From contig JALOSW010000002.1 of NCBI GenBank assembly GCA_025458245.1, positions 4,361-68,360 of the forward strand: 64,000 nucleotides of DNA. Direction: 5' to 3'. Under the pieces are notes generated by a model. It ran no database searches. It saw nothing but the letters and a program-made list of their open reading frames with translations, and had not been told where the DNA came from. Positions 1 through 9,733 of this stretch are shown piece after piece. Position 1 is the first letter of the stretch; each line of letters starts with the position of its first letter. The stretch is from Burkholderiales bacterium (lineage in GTDB: Bacteria > Pseudomonadota > Gammaproteobacteria > Burkholderiales > SG8-39). A program made the position numbers and the translations under genes.

Positions 1-92
1 CGCTCGGTGGACCGGGCTCTGCGGAAGCAGGTCTCCAGGCATTGCTTTGCGGACCGTTGCGCCCTTCGCGACTTTGCGGTTCTGAGGTGACC

Positions 93-1103
93 ATGGAATA
101 CCGTCGACTCGGCGCAAGCGGGCTCCGCGTCTCGCCGATCTGCCTCGGCACGATGATGTTCGGCGATCGCACCGACGAGGCGGAAGCGAAGCGCATCGTG
201 GACTCGGCGCGCGACGCCGGCGTCAACTTCGTCGATACGGCCGACGTCTACGCGAACGGCGAGTCGGAGCGGATCCTCGGACGGCTCCTGCGCGAGGACC
301 GCGACCGCTGGGTGCTCGCGACCAAGGTCGGCAATCGCATGGGCGCCGGCGCGAACGACGCAGGCCTCTCCCGCGCCTGGATCATGCGGGCGATCGATGC
401 GAGCCTCACGCGGCTTGCCACCGATCACGTCGACATCTACTACCTGCATCGCGACGACGAGGACACGCCGCTCGAGGAGACGGTGCGCGCAGTCGGCGAC
501 GTGATCCGGGCCGGCAAGGCACGCTACTTCGGCGTCTCCAACTATCGCGGCTGGCGCATCGCCGAGGTCGTGCGCGTCTGCGACGCCCTCGGCGTCGCCC
601 GTCCGGTGATCTGCCAGCCTTACTACAACGCGATGAACCGCATGCCGGAAACCGAGGTGCTGCCGGCCTGCGCCCATTACGGCCTGGGCGTCGTGCCCTA
701 CAGCCCGCTCGCGCGCGGCGTGCTGACGGGCAAGTACCGGCCCGATGCGAGCCCGGACCCGGAAAGCCGCGCCGGGCGCAACGACGAGCGGATGATGCAG
801 ACGGAGTTCCGGCCGGAGTCGATCGCGATGGCCGCACGCATCAAGGCGCACGCCGAGGCGCGCGGCATGACCGCCGGCGGCTTCGCCCTGCACTGGGTGC
901 TCGCGAACACGATCGTGACCTCGGTTCTCGCCGGGCCGCGCACGCTGGAGCAGTGGCAGGGCTACCTCGGCGCGCTCGCGCACCGTTTCACCGCCGAGGA
1001 CGAGGCGCTCGTCGATTCGATGGTGCCGTCCGGGCACCCGTCCACGCCCGGCTACAACGATCCGCGCTACCCGCTGCGCGGTCGCCGCACGCGGCTTGCG
1101 TGA
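93..1103 (+). CDS. aldo/keto reductase family oxidoreductase
   Basis: ORF 42..1103. MEYRRLGASGLRVSPICLGTMMFG N-terminus and DIYYLHRDD / FGVSNY motifs are typical of AKRs. ATG at 93 is preceded by GAGGTG. Confidence 0.9.
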   Translation: MEYRRLGASGLRVSPICLGTMMFGDRTDEAEAKRIVDSARDAGVNFVDTADVYANGESERILGRLLREDRDRWVLATKVGNRMGAGANDAGLSRAWIMRAIDASLTRLATDHVDIYYLHRDDEDTPLEETVRAVGDVIRAGKARYFGVSNYRGWRIAEVVRVCDALGVARPVICQPYYNAMNRMPETEVLPACAHYGLGVVPYSPLARGVLTGKYRPDASPDPESRAGRNDERMMQTEFRPESIAMAARIKAHAEARGMTAGGFALHWVLANTIVTSVLAGPRTLEQWQGYLGALAHRFTAEDEALVDSMVPSGHPSTPGYNDPRYPLRGRRTRLA

Positions 1104-1130
1104 CCCGCGCGGACTCCGCCGAGCGCGGAA

Positions 1131-2000
1131 CTAGCGCCGCTGCCGCAGCACCACGTAGGCGCCGCTCGCGACGATGAGCGCCATGCCGACGAGCGACCAG
1201 CCGTCGGGAAAGTTGCCGAACACGAGGTAGCCGAGCAGCAGCACGGCCGCGAGCTGCGCATAGACGAACGGCGCGAGCGTCGAGGCGGGCGCGTTCTCGA
1301 AGGCACGGATCAGCATGAAGTGTCCGGCCGTGGCGAGAATGCCCATCGCGAGGAGCAGCGCGCCATGCCAGGGCGAGAGCAGGGGCTGCCAGTAGATCGG
1401 CACGACGAAGCACATCACGGCCGCGCCGACCAGCGCCGAGATGAAGAGGGTCGCGACGGTCGAGTCGACCCCCGCGAGCTTGCGGGTGAGGAGCTGGTAG
1501 CCCGCGAAGAAGAACGCAGTCGCGACGGGCAGGATCGCCGCCGTCGAAAAGATTCCCGAGCCGGGGCGGATGATCACCAGCACGCCGGCGAATCCGGCGG
1601 CGACGGCAATCCACGTCGAGGGCTGCACCTTCTCCTTGAGCAGGAACACCGACATCGCCGTGAGGATGAGCGGCGAGATGAACGTGATCGCCGAGGCCTC
1701 CGCGATCGGCATGCGCGAGATCGCGTTGAAAAAGAGCATCGTCGACGAGACCAGCACGAAGCCGCGCAGGATCTGGAGTCCGGGGCGGCGCGTGCGCACG
1801 AGCCCGGCGCGATGGCGCGGCCCGAGCAGCACCACCATCACGAGCACCTGCGACACATAGCGCGCCCAGACGACGGCGGGCACGGGATAGCTCTGGGCGA
1901 GCCACTTCGCGATGGTGTCCATCACGGCGAACGTACTCACCGCCGCGATCATCAGCGCGATGCCGCGCAGGTGCTGGCGATGGTCTGCGGCGGCGGTCAC
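1131..2000 (-). CDS. EamA/DMT-family transporter
   Basis: 289-aa ORF, about 10 hydrophobic segments. N-terminus RGIALMIAAVSTFAVMDTIAKWL is typical of the EamA repeat. GTG start at 2000. Confidence 0.85.
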   Translation of the reverse strand: MTAAADHRQHLRGIALMIAAVSTFAVMDTIAKWLAQSYPVPAVVWARYVSQVLVMVVLLGPRHRAGLVRTRRPGLQILRGFVLVSSTMLFFNAISRMPIAEASAITFISPLILTAMSVFLLKEKVQPSTWIAVAAGFAGVLVIIRPGSGIFSTAAILPVATAFFFAGYQLLTRKLAGVDSTVATLFISALVGAAVMCFVVPIYWQPLLSPWHGALLLAMGILATAGHFMLIRAFENAPASTLAPFVYAQLAAVLLLGYLVFGNFPDGWSLVGMALIVASGAYVVLRQRR

Positions 2001-2025
2001 GCGCTTCGTGCCGGCGTCGACGCAC

Positions 2026-3087
2026 TCAAGCCTGGAACTCCTGGAACCACAGCGCGCGCGTAACGTCGAAGTCCGCGACCTCGCCCGTCAGCAGGAACCG
2101 GGCGATACGCCGCACGCGGTTCGCGTCGTTCTGGTTGACGATGAACGGCGCCCGGGCGCGGCCGTCCACCCCCGCGAGCAGGAGGGCGGGCACGATCGCT
2201 CCGACGCGCGCCGCCAGCAGGCTCGGCATCTCCCACGTGACATGCTGCAGGTAGGTCGCGAGCAGGGCGTCGAGCGCGGGCCGCGTACGGCGCGCGGTTC
2301 CCGGCCGCACGGCGTGCAGCATCAGCACCGCGGCGAGCGTCGCGACGTCGAACGCGGGATCGCCATAGCGTGCGCAGTCGCCGTCGACGAGTATCGGCCC
2401 GCGCGGCCCGACGAGGATGTTCTCGGGCGACGCGGCGCCGTGGACGAGGGCGATGCGCAGCCTCGACGCGGTGTCCGCCGCGGCGCGCAGCGCGGCGGCG
2501 CAATCCGGGTGCGCGAGCGCAGCGTCGAGAAAGCGCGGCTCGACCGCGAGACGGCGAAAGGCGCGCTCGGCGGCGAACCGATCGGCGAACGCAGGTCGGC
2601 CGGCCGTTGCCGCGTGCAGCTTTCCATAGAGATGACCGACGGCGGCCGCGATCGTCGGCTTGGCGTCGCCGGTTGCGAGGCGCTCGCTCCACTGCGGCGC
2701 ACGTGTCGGGTCGATCCACTCGAGCACGAGCGTGGGCGATGCCGCATGCTCGCCGATCAGCGCTGGAACGGCGCCCGGCGCGATTTCCTGGGCGAGGCGC
2801 AGCCATGCCGCCTCGGTCGCGGCACGCTCGGCAGGGCTCTCCGCGTCGTCCGGCTCGCCGGCGAGCGCCCGCTTGACCACCACCCGGCCCCAGGCGAGAT
2901 CGACCGCGGTGACCTCGGTTGTCGCGCTCGACGCGAGCACGGTGGTCGCCGGCGCCTCACCGGGCAGCAGGAGCTCGAGGTCCTGAAGGGCGCTGCGCAG
3001 GCGCGGCGGGCACTCGCCTCGCGCCTGCAGGGCCGTGCCGCCGCTGCGGGCGGCGAGCTCGTTGAACGCGGTGCGGATGTTCGACAT
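2026..3087 (-). CDS. phosphotransferase (APH/choline-kinase-like) family protein, catalytic Asp substituted
   Basis: 353-aa ORF with kinase-like motifs LVHGAASPENILV and DGDCARYGDPAFD. The Brenner motif reads HGA instead of HGD. Confidence 0.75.
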   Translation of the reverse strand: MSNIRTAFNELAARSGGTALQARGECPPRLRSALQDLELLLPGEAPATTVLASSATTEVTAVDLAWGRVVVKRALAGEPDDAESPAERAATEAAWLRLAQEIAPGAVPALIGEHAASPTLVLEWIDPTRAPQWSERLATGDAKPTIAAAVGHLYGKLHAATAGRPAFADRFAAERAFRRLAVEPRFLDAALAHPDCAAALRAAADTASRLRIALVHGAASPENILVGPRGPILVDGDCARYGDPAFDVATLAAVLMLHAVRPGTARRTRPALDALLATYLQHVTWEMPSLLAARVGAIVPALLLAGVDGRARAPFIVNQNDANRVRRIARFLLTGEVADFDVTRALWFQEFQA

Positions 3088-3142
3088 CGGGAAACGCGGC
3101 CGATCGCCGCGGGAGCGGCAGCGCCGATGATACTTGGTGCGC

Positions 3143-3445
3143 TCAGAACTTGTGCGGCCGGAGCACGCCGCAGTCGGAAACGTACATCGACACCGCGTAG
3201 TTCGGGCAGTAGGTCGCGAGGATGTGCTCCGCGATCGAGCCGATCACGGCCTCGTCGCCGATCACCTCCATGCGGATCGACCGATCCGCTTCCCAGTCCG
3301 CGGCGCGCTCGCCGTGTTCGCCGCCGCCGCGTACGTCGCTCACGGTGTAGCCGTGAGCGCCGAGCCGGCGCACGTCGCGTGCAAGAAGCTTCTCCAGCGC
3401 CCCCTCGGTGATCACGACGAGCAGCTTCTTCGCGTGCGTCTGCAT
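3143..3445 (-). CDS. P-II-like signalling protein (SbtB-type partner of the adjacent permease)
   Basis: 100-aa C-terminal part of ORF 3143..3943, starting MQTHAKKLLVVITEGALEKLL. Its ATG overlaps the stop of the upstream permease (TGATG). Small size and beta-alpha-beta pattern fit a P-II-like fold. Confidence 0.65.
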   Translation of the reverse strand: MQTHAKKLLVVITEGALEKLLARDVRRLGAHGYTVSDVRGGGEHGERAADWEADRSIRMEVIGDEAVIGSIAEHILATYCPNYAVSMYVSDCGVLRPHKF

Positions 3446-4392
3446 CAACGGCCTCCGAGGGTCGCGGCCCATCCCGCCATGTGGGAGTAGAGCGGAATGC
3501 CGAGGGTGATGTTGAAGGGGAAGGTGATGCCGAGCGACGCGGCGATCGACAGCCCCGGGTTCGCCTCGGGCAGCGCGATGCGCAGCGCCGCGGGCGCCGC
3601 GATGTAGGACGCGCTCGCCGCGAGCGTGGCGAGCAGCATGGTTCCGCCGGGCGACAGGCTCATCGCGGTCGCGAACGCGATGCCGATCGCGGCCGACAGG
3701 ACCGGCATGCCGATTCCGAATGCCACGAGGAACACGCCGTAACGCCGCAGCTCGCCGACGCGGCTCCCGGCCACGAGCCCCATCTCGAGCAGAAAGAGCG
3801 CGAGCACGCCCTTGAAGAGGTCCATGAAAAGCGCCTTGATCGGAACCACGCCGGCCGGCCCCGCGATCCATCCGATCGCGAGCCCGCCGAGCAGCAGCAC
3901 GATGCTCTTGCCGAGCAGGACCTCGTGGGCGAGCGCGCCCCATGCGACCGGCTTGCCCGGGGCGCCGCGTCGCGCGAGCACGATGCCGACGACGATCGCC
4001 GGCGCCTCCATGAGCACGACGAACACCGGGAAATAGGCTTCGTAGTCGACGCCGCGGCTGGTCAGGAACGTGATCGCCACGGCGAACGTCACGACGCTCA
4101 CCGAGCCGTAATGCGCTGCGAGCGCGCCGGCGTCGAACCGGTTGAGCCGCCCGACGCTGCGCAGGATCGGAAACGCGACGAGCGGCAGCAGGACGCCGAG
4201 CGCGATCACGGCGATCGCCTGCGGGCCGACCGTGGCGAGCGGCTGGCCGGCCAACTCGACGCCGCCCTTCATGCCGATGGCGAGCAGCAGGAAAATCGAC
4301 AGCGCCTCGTACAGCGCCTCGGGCAGGCGCAGGTCCGATCCCGCAAGGCGGGCGCCGAGGCCGAGCAGGAAAAAAAGGACGACGACGTCCAT
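3445..4392 (-). CDS. sodium-dependent bicarbonate transporter superfamily (SbtA-like) permease
   Basis: ORF 3445..4539. Likely start MDVVVLFFLLGLGARLAGSDLRLPEALYEALSIFLLLAIGMKGG. Polytopic membrane protein resembling the Sbt_1 family. Confidence 0.75.
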   Translation of the reverse strand: MDVVVLFFLLGLGARLAGSDLRLPEALYEALSIFLLLAIGMKGGVELAGQPLATVGPQAIAVIALGVLLPLVAFPILRSVGRLNRFDAGALAAHYGSVSVVTFAVAITFLTSRGVDYEAYFPVFVVLMEAPAIVVGIVLARRGAPGKPVAWGALAHEVLLGKSIVLLLGGLAIGWIAGPAGVVPIKALFMDLFKGVLALFLLEMGLVAGSRVGELRRYGVFLVAFGIGMPVLSAAIGIAFATAMSLSPGGTMLLATLAASASYIAAPAALRIALPEANPGLSIAASLGITFPFNITLGIPLYSHMAGWAATLGGR

Positions 4393-4442
4393 GGCGGGCC
4401 GATGCGGGCGACGCGCCGAAGACGACGGCGCGGGCTGCGCCG

Positions 4443-5942
4443 TCAGGCCTCCGGCCGCATGTGCGGAAACAGGATCACGTCGCGGATCGACGGCGAGTTG
4501 GTGAACAGCATCGCGATCCGGTCGATGCCGATGCCGCACCCGGCAGTCGGCGGCAACCCGAACTCGAGCGCGCGAACGTAGTCGGCGTCGAAGTACATGG
4601 CCTCCTCGTCGCCGGCGGCCTTGGCTTTCGACTGCTGCTCGAAGCGCGACGCCTGGTCTTCGGGGTCGTTCAGCTCCGAAAAGCCGTTCGCCATCTCGCG
4701 GCCGGTGATGTAGAGCTCGAACCGGTCGGTGATCTCGGGGTTCGCGTCGTTGCGGCGCGCGAGCGGCGAAACGATCGCCGGATAGTCGACGATGTAGGTC
4801 GGCTGGATCAGCATCTGCTCGGTCGTCTCCTCGAACAGCGTGAGCTGCAGCTCGCCGATCTCGGCCGTCGGCTTGGCCTGGATGCCGACCTTCGCGAGCT
4901 CGCGCACGAGCACTTCGCGGCTCGCGAGGTCGGCGTCGGTGAAATGCGGGTGGTGCCTGCGGATCGCCTCGACCACCGTGAGCCGCGCGAACGGCTGCGA
5001 CAGGTCGACGACGTTTTCGCCATAGGGGAGCTGGGTCGTGCCGAGCACGTTCTGTGCGACCGTGCGCAGCAGCTCCTCGACGAAGTCCATGAGATACCGG
5101 TGGTCGCGGTAGGCTTCATAGAACTCCATCATGGTGAACTCGGGGTTGTGGCGCGTCGAGATGCCCTCGTTGCGGAAGTTGCGGTTGATCTCGAACACCT
5201 TCTCGAACCCGCCCACCACCAGCCGCTTGAGATAGAGCTCCGGCGCGATGCGCAGATACAGCGTCATGTCGAGCGCGTTGTGGTGGGTCACGAACGGGCG
5301 CGCCGCCGCGCCGCCCGGAATCGGCTGCATCATCGGCGTCTCGACCTCGAGATAGCCCTTGCGAACCATGAACGCGCGCATCTCCTGGATGAGGCCGCTG
5401 CGCGTCGCGAACGTCCGGCGTGCGTCCTCGCTGGTGATGAGATCGAGGTAGCGCTGGCGGTACTTCTGCTCCTGGTCGGCGAGCCCGTGGAACTTCTCGG
5501 GCAGGGGCCGCAGCGCCTTGGCGAGGAGCCGCACGGAGTCGGCGTTGACGGTGAGCTCGCCGGTGCGCGTCTTGAACAGCGTCCCCGTCACGCCCACGAT
5601 GTCGCCGAGGTCCCACTTCTTGAACGCCTCGTGCGCGTCCGCGCCCACGCCGTCGTTCGAGAGGTAGACCTGCAGCCGGCCCGTCATGTCCTGAAGCGTC
5701 GCGAAGCTCGCCTTGCCCATCACGCGCTTCAGCATCATCCGGCCCGCGAACGCGACATGGATCGGGTGAGTCTCGAACTCCTCTTTCGCGAGTTCGCCAT
5801 AGGCGCGATGCAGATCGCCCGCGAAGTGCTTGCGGTCGAAGTCGTTCGGGAACGGGTTGCCGGCGGCGCGCAGCGCGGCGAGCTTGGCGCGACGCTCTGC
5901 GATGACCTGGTTCTCGTCCTGCTGGAGCGGCTGGTCTGACAT
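4443..5942 (-). CDS. lysS: lysine--tRNA ligase (class II)
   Basis: 499-aa ORF. N-terminus [26 protein letters not shown], then class II motifs (FRNEGIS, GLGIGIDR-type [13 protein letters not shown]). Confidence 0.97.
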   Translation of the reverse strand: MSDQPLQQDENQVIAERRAKLAALRAAGNPFPNDFDRKHFAGDLHRAYGELAKEEFETHPIHVAFAGRMMLKRVMGKASFATLQDMTGRLQVYLSNDGVGADAHEAFKKWDLGDIVGVTGTLFKTRTGELTVNADSVRLLAKALRPLPEKFHGLADQEQKYRQRYLDLITSEDARRTFATRSGLIQEMRAFMVRKGYLEVETPMMQPIPGGAAARPFVTHHNALDMTLYLRIAPELYLKRLVVGGFEKVFEINRNFRNEGISTRHNPEFTMMEFYEAYRDHRYLMDFVEELLRTVAQNVLGTTQLPYGENVVDLSQPFARLTVVEAIRRHHPHFTDADLASREVLVRELAKVGIQAKPTAEIGELQLTLFEETTEQMLIQPTYIVDYPAIVSPLARRNDANPEITDRFELYITGREMANGFSELNDPEDQASRFEQQSKAKAAGDEEAMYFDADYVRALEFGLPPTAGCGIGIDRIAMLFTNSPSIRDVILFPHMRPEA

Positions 5943-6094
5943 TCTTCGACTCGCGCGGGAACTACGCTAATAGATTCGGGGCAGGGGCGCCGACTGCTGC
6001 GCGCCCGGGTATGCACGCGCCCTCGGCAAGGCGTGCGCACGTCGGGACGGATGCACGTGCCTCCGCGGGCCGGCCGGGGTCGCGCCGCGCGGGC

Positions 6095-7235
6095 TCAATC
6101 GGCTTCCGCGAGCGTCGCCGGCGCGCCCTTGCCGACGCCCTGCTTGAGGCTCGCTTCGATGAAATCGTCGAGTGCGCCGTCGAGCACCGACTGGGTGTTG
6201 CCGATCTCGACGCCGGTGCGCAGATCCTTGATGCGCGACTGGTCGAGCACGTACGAGCGGATCTGGTGGCCCCAGCCGATGTCGGTCTTCGAGTCCTCGA
6301 GCTTGTCGCGCTCGGCCTGCCGCTTGCGCAGCTCCTGCTCGTAGAGCTTCGCCTTGAGCATCGCCATCGCCTCGGCCTTGTTGCGGTGCTGCGAACGGTC
6401 GTTCTGGCATTGCACGACGATGCCGCTCGGGTTGTGCGTGATGCGCACCGCCGAGTCGGTCCGGTTCACGTGCTGGCCCCCGGCGCCCGACGCGCGATAG
6501 GTGTCGATGCGCAGGTCGGCCGGATTGACCTCGATGTCGATCGACTCGTCGACCTCGGGGTACACGAACACGCTCGCGAACGACGTGTGGCGGCGCGCGT
6601 TCGAGTCGAACGGCGACTTGCGCACGAGCCGGTGAATGCCGGTCTCGGTGCGCAGGTGCCCGTAGGCGTGATCGCCGTTCACCTTGATGGTCGCGGTCTT
6701 GATGCCGGCGACCTCGCCGTCGGACTCCTCGAGGATCTCGACCTTGAAGCCCTTGCGCTCGGCGTACTTGAGGTACATGCGCAGGAGCATCGAGGCCCAG
6801 TCCTGCGCCTCGGTGCCGCCGGCGCCCGCCTGGATGTCGACGAAGGCGTTGGCCGGGTCGAGTGGTTCCGAAAACATGCGCCGGAATTCCATCGCCTCGA
6901 CGGCCCTCCGAATCATGGCGACGTCGCCGGCGATGGATTCGAGCGTCGCATCGTCGCTCTCGCCGCGTGCCATCTCGAACAGCTCGGCAGCGTCGCGGCG
7001 CTGCTGATCGACCTCCGCCAGGCCGACGACGACGGTTTCGAGCGCTTTTTTCTCGCGTCCGAGGTCCTGCGCGCGCTTCGCGTCGGCCCAGACGTTGGGG
7101 TCTTCCAGTTCGCGGCCGACGGTTTCTAGGCGGGTCTTCTTGCCGTCGAAGTCAAAGATACCTCCGCAAGTCGTCGAGCCGGGTCCCGAGGTCGGCGAGG
7201 GTGGCGGCGAGGGCGTTGAGACGTTCGGGTTCCAT
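6095..7235 (-). CDS. prfB: peptide chain release factor 2, requires programmed +1 frameshift
   Basis: ORF 6095..7258 carries the RF2 body (SPF-type and GGQ: [12 protein letters not shown]). The true start ATG at 7235 gives [27 protein letters not shown], then in-frame TGA at 7154..7152 within CTT TGA C. Confidence 0.95.
7151..7166 (-). promoter_or_regulatory. RF2 autoregulatory +1 frameshift site (GGAGG-TAT-CTT-TGA-C)
   Basis: Minus strand reads CGGAGGTATCTTTGAC: an internal SD-like GGAGG, slippery CTT, and a UGA stop followed by C. The downstream frame continues as [12 protein letters not shown]. Confidence 0.9.
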
Positions 7236-7310
7236 GGCGGGGAAGCTCGTGCGGGCAAACCGGGATTATAGCGGTTCGCACCCTCGACCCCGATGCGGCC
7301 TGCGGCCTGT

Positions 7311-7319
7311 TGATAGAAT
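7311..7319 (+). promoter_or_regulatory. candidate extended -10 promoter (TGaTAGAAT) for dsbB
   Basis: TGATAGAAT lies 22 nt upstream of the dsbB ATG, with GGAGG at 7332..7336. Confidence 0.35.
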
Positions 7320-7340
7320 CCGGCGCTTTACGGAGGTCCG

Positions 7341-7850
7341 ATGGCCGATCCCCGCGTCGCCGCCGACCGCGCCGGCCGCCTGTTCACGCTCGTCTTCGTC
7401 GTCGCGCTCGGCCTGATCGGGTTCGCCCTCTACCTGCAGCACGGGACGGGGCTCGACCCCTGCCCGCTGTGCGTCGCCCAGCGCGTGTTGTTCATCGGGG
7501 TCGGGCTCCTCGCGCTGGTGGCGGCGCTGCACCGCCCGAGCGGCGCCGGCATCGCCGTCTACTCGACGCTCGCCGGACTGGTCGCGGCGGGCGGCGCCGC
7601 GGTGGCCGTGTATCACCTCTGGCTCCAGTCCGATCCGAAGCGCGCCTCGGCGTGCGTGGGCTCGCCGGTCGAGCGCCTCATCGATGCGAGCCGCCTCGCC
7701 GAATGGGTGCCCCCGCTTTTTCGCTACGACGGACCATGCACGCTCAAGCCCTGGAGCCTGCTCGGGCTCTCGATCCCCGAGTGGTCGCTCGTCTGGTTCG
7801 TCCTGCTCTTCGTCGGCATCGCGCTGATCCCCTGGATCGCGCGGCGCTGA
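7341..7850 (+). CDS. dsbB: disulfide bond formation protein B
   Basis: 169 aa, four TM segments. CPLC pair (LDPCPLCVAQR) and a second Cys pair in the periplasmic loop. Confidence 0.9.
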   Translation: MADPRVAADRAGRLFTLVFVVALGLIGFALYLQHGTGLDPCPLCVAQRVLFIGVGLLALVAALHRPSGAGIAVYSTLAGLVAAGGAAVAVYHLWLQSDPKRASACVGSPVERLIDASRLAEWVPPLFRYDGPCTLKPWSLLGLSIPEWSLVWFVLLFVGIALIPWIARR

Positions 7851-7869
7851 CTGCCACGCGCGCCACGTC

Positions 7870-8082
7870 TCAGCGCAGGCGCCGCCCGGTGTAGTCCTCT
7901 TCGATCTTGTCCTCGAAGAACGCGACCGGCGAAGGCGCCGCCGTGAACCGCCGATGCACTTCGCTCGACACGCCCTTGTACTCCATCACGCGGCCGTCGT
8001 TGAACTCGATCTCGAGCGTCTCGGTGCGAGGGTCGTAGCCGATGCCGCGGATCTTCGACGAGCTGATTCGCTTTCGTTCCAT
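7870..8082 (-). CDS. KTSC domain-containing protein
   Basis: 70 aa. IRGIGYDPRTETLEIEFNDGRVMEYKGVSSEVHRRF matches the KTSC (lysyl-tRNA synthetase C-terminal-like) domain pattern. Confidence 0.8.
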   Translation of the reverse strand: MERKRISSSKIRGIGYDPRTETLEIEFNDGRVMEYKGVSSEVHRRFTAAPSPVAFFEDKIEEDYTGRRLR

Positions 8083-8086
8083 GTCG

Positions 8087-8464
8087 CTACTCCGTCAAAG
8101 TGACGAGCACGCGGTCGCCGTCGCGCACGCCTGCCAGGACGTGCGGATCGCCCTCGATGCGCCCAAGGACGTTGCAACGCGTGACGAGGCGCGGCTCGCC
8201 GCCTCGCGACATCGGCGTCGGGCCGAAGGGCAGGGCGAGCGCGTGGCCTTCCACCCAGAAGCAGACCTCCCCCGGTGCAACGACCTGGCGCGCGTCGGCT
8301 TCGAGCGCGGCCGACACCGGGATCTCGAAATAGACCTCGTCGCCCCAGGTCGACGCTGATCCGGAGCACGGCAGCCGGGCGACGAGGGCGCGCGCCGTCG
8401 GCGTGTCCGCCAGAACCGCCGCTACCGAACCGCGCGGCCAGGCGATCGAGATGCGCGTCGGCAT
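8087..8464 (-). CDS. cyclophilin-like fold protein
   Basis: 125 aa. ...TARALVARLP...STWGDEVYFEIPV...GEVCFWVEGHALALPFGPTP resembles the cyclophilin-like superfamily of small uncharacterised proteins. Confidence 0.65.
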   Translation of the reverse strand: MPTRISIAWPRGSVAAVLADTPTARALVARLPCSGSASTWGDEVYFEIPVSAALEADARQVVAPGEVCFWVEGHALALPFGPTPMSRGGEPRLVTRCNVLGRIEGDPHVLAGVRDGDRVLVTLTE

Positions 8465-8470
8465 TGCGGC

Positions 8471-9733
8471 TCAGGGCAGCAGGAGCGCCGCGGCGAGCAC
8501 CGTGAGGCCCGTCACCGCCATCGGCAGTCCCACTACGCGGAAGAGACCGGTGCCGCCGCGCACCATCACGAACCCGAGCTTCACCGCCTGGTTCGAGACC
8601 AGCGCGACCGCGACCGTGATCACCGCCACTCTCGAAACCGTCGAGCCCTGTTCGAGGAGCGACGCGGTGGAAAGCGTGATCGCGTCCACGTCGGTGAGGC
8701 CCGAGGCGACGGCGACGAGATAGAGGCCCTTCGAGCCGGCGATGTCGTTGAGCCACGCCGAGAGCACGAGCACCGCGGCGAAGAGCAGGCCGAAGCCGAC
8801 GGCCTCGCGCAGCTCGGTCGGGTTGGCGGTCTCGGGAACCGGGATGTCGCCCGGCGAGTCGTTCCGGCGCACGAATGCGAGCGCGAGCACCGCGCCGATC
8901 ACGATGGCGCTGCCGAGCACCGGCGCGAGCTTGATCGCGAAGGCGGGCGACACGAAGCTCGCCACCACGACGACGCGCGCCAGCACCACGAGGTTGGCGA
9001 TCAGGATGACCCGCGTCGCGAGCGGCCGCGCGGCCGGGTCGGTGCCGACCCGCGAGTACGCGAGAGTGGTCGCGGTGCTCGACACGAGTCCGCCGAAAAA
9101 ACCCACGTACAGCGAGCCTCGGGTCCCGCCCACCAGACGCAGCGCGATGTAGCCGGCGAGCCCGATGCCGGACACCAGCACCACCATGAGCCAGATTCGG
9201 TACGGGTTGAGCGCATCGTACGGACCGTAGCCGTGGTTCGGCAGGAACGGCAGCACGATGAACGTGATGACGGCGAACTGCAGCACCGACAGAAGGTCGC
9301 GGCGGCTGAAGCGCTCGAGCACGCCGCGCAGCTCGGGCTTGAAGTAGAGGAGCGCCGTCGTCGCGATGGCGATCATCACGGCGATCTGTCGTTCGCCGAT
9401 GGCCGTGAGCACGCCGAGGAGGTACGCGACCAGCAGCGCGATGACGGTCGTCGTGCCCGGGTCGGCCTCCTCGACATGGCCGCGGTGATAGGCCGCCACG
9501 ATCATGACCCCGACCACGATCGTGCCGGCGGCCACGATCCAGCCCGAGTCGAGGTGGTGCGCGACGATCGCGGACAGCGCGCCGAACAGCGTGACGAGCG
9601 CGAACGTGCGCAGGCCCGCCTTGGCGTTCGGGCTCCGCTCGCGCTCGACGCCGATGAGAAGACCGATGGCGAGTGCGGTGGCGAGCGCGACGAGCTCGCC
9701 GAACGCGTCGCCGGGGATCATGGTCTCGGTCAT
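8471..9733 (-). CDS. MgtC/SapB-family membrane protein with DUF4010-type C-terminal region
   Basis: Last 420 aa of ORF 8471..10519. Start MTETMIPGDAFGELVALATALAIGLLIGVERERSPNAKAGLRTFALV (MgtC signature). Its ATG overlaps the recJ stop (ATGA). Confidence 0.8.
   Translation of the reverse strand: MTETMIPGDAFGELVALATALAIGLLIGVERERSPNAKAGLRTFALVTLFGALSAIVAHHLDSGWIVAAGTIVVGVMIVAAYHRGHVEEADPGTTTVIALLVAYLLGVLTAIGERQIAVMIAIATTALLYFKPELRGVLERFSRRDLLSVLQFAVITFIVLPFLPNHGYGPYDALNPYRIWLMVVLVSGIGLAGYIALRLVGGTRGSLYVGFFGGLVSSTATTLAYSRVGTDPAARPLATRVILIANLVVLARVVVVASFVSPAFAIKLAPVLGSAIVIGAVLALAFVRRNDSPGDIPVPETANPTELREAVGFGLLFAAVLVLSAWLNDIAGSKGLYLVAVASGLTDVDAITLSTASLLEQGSTVSRVAVITVAVALVSNQAVKLGFVMVRGGTGLFRVVGLPMAVTGLTVLAAALLLP

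Noticed and set aside
36-52. Sigma-54-like AGGCAT...TTTGC upstream of the aldo/keto reductase gene.
   Set aside because: The GG-to-GC distance is 11 rather than the strictly required 12, and TGGCAC is only partly matched.
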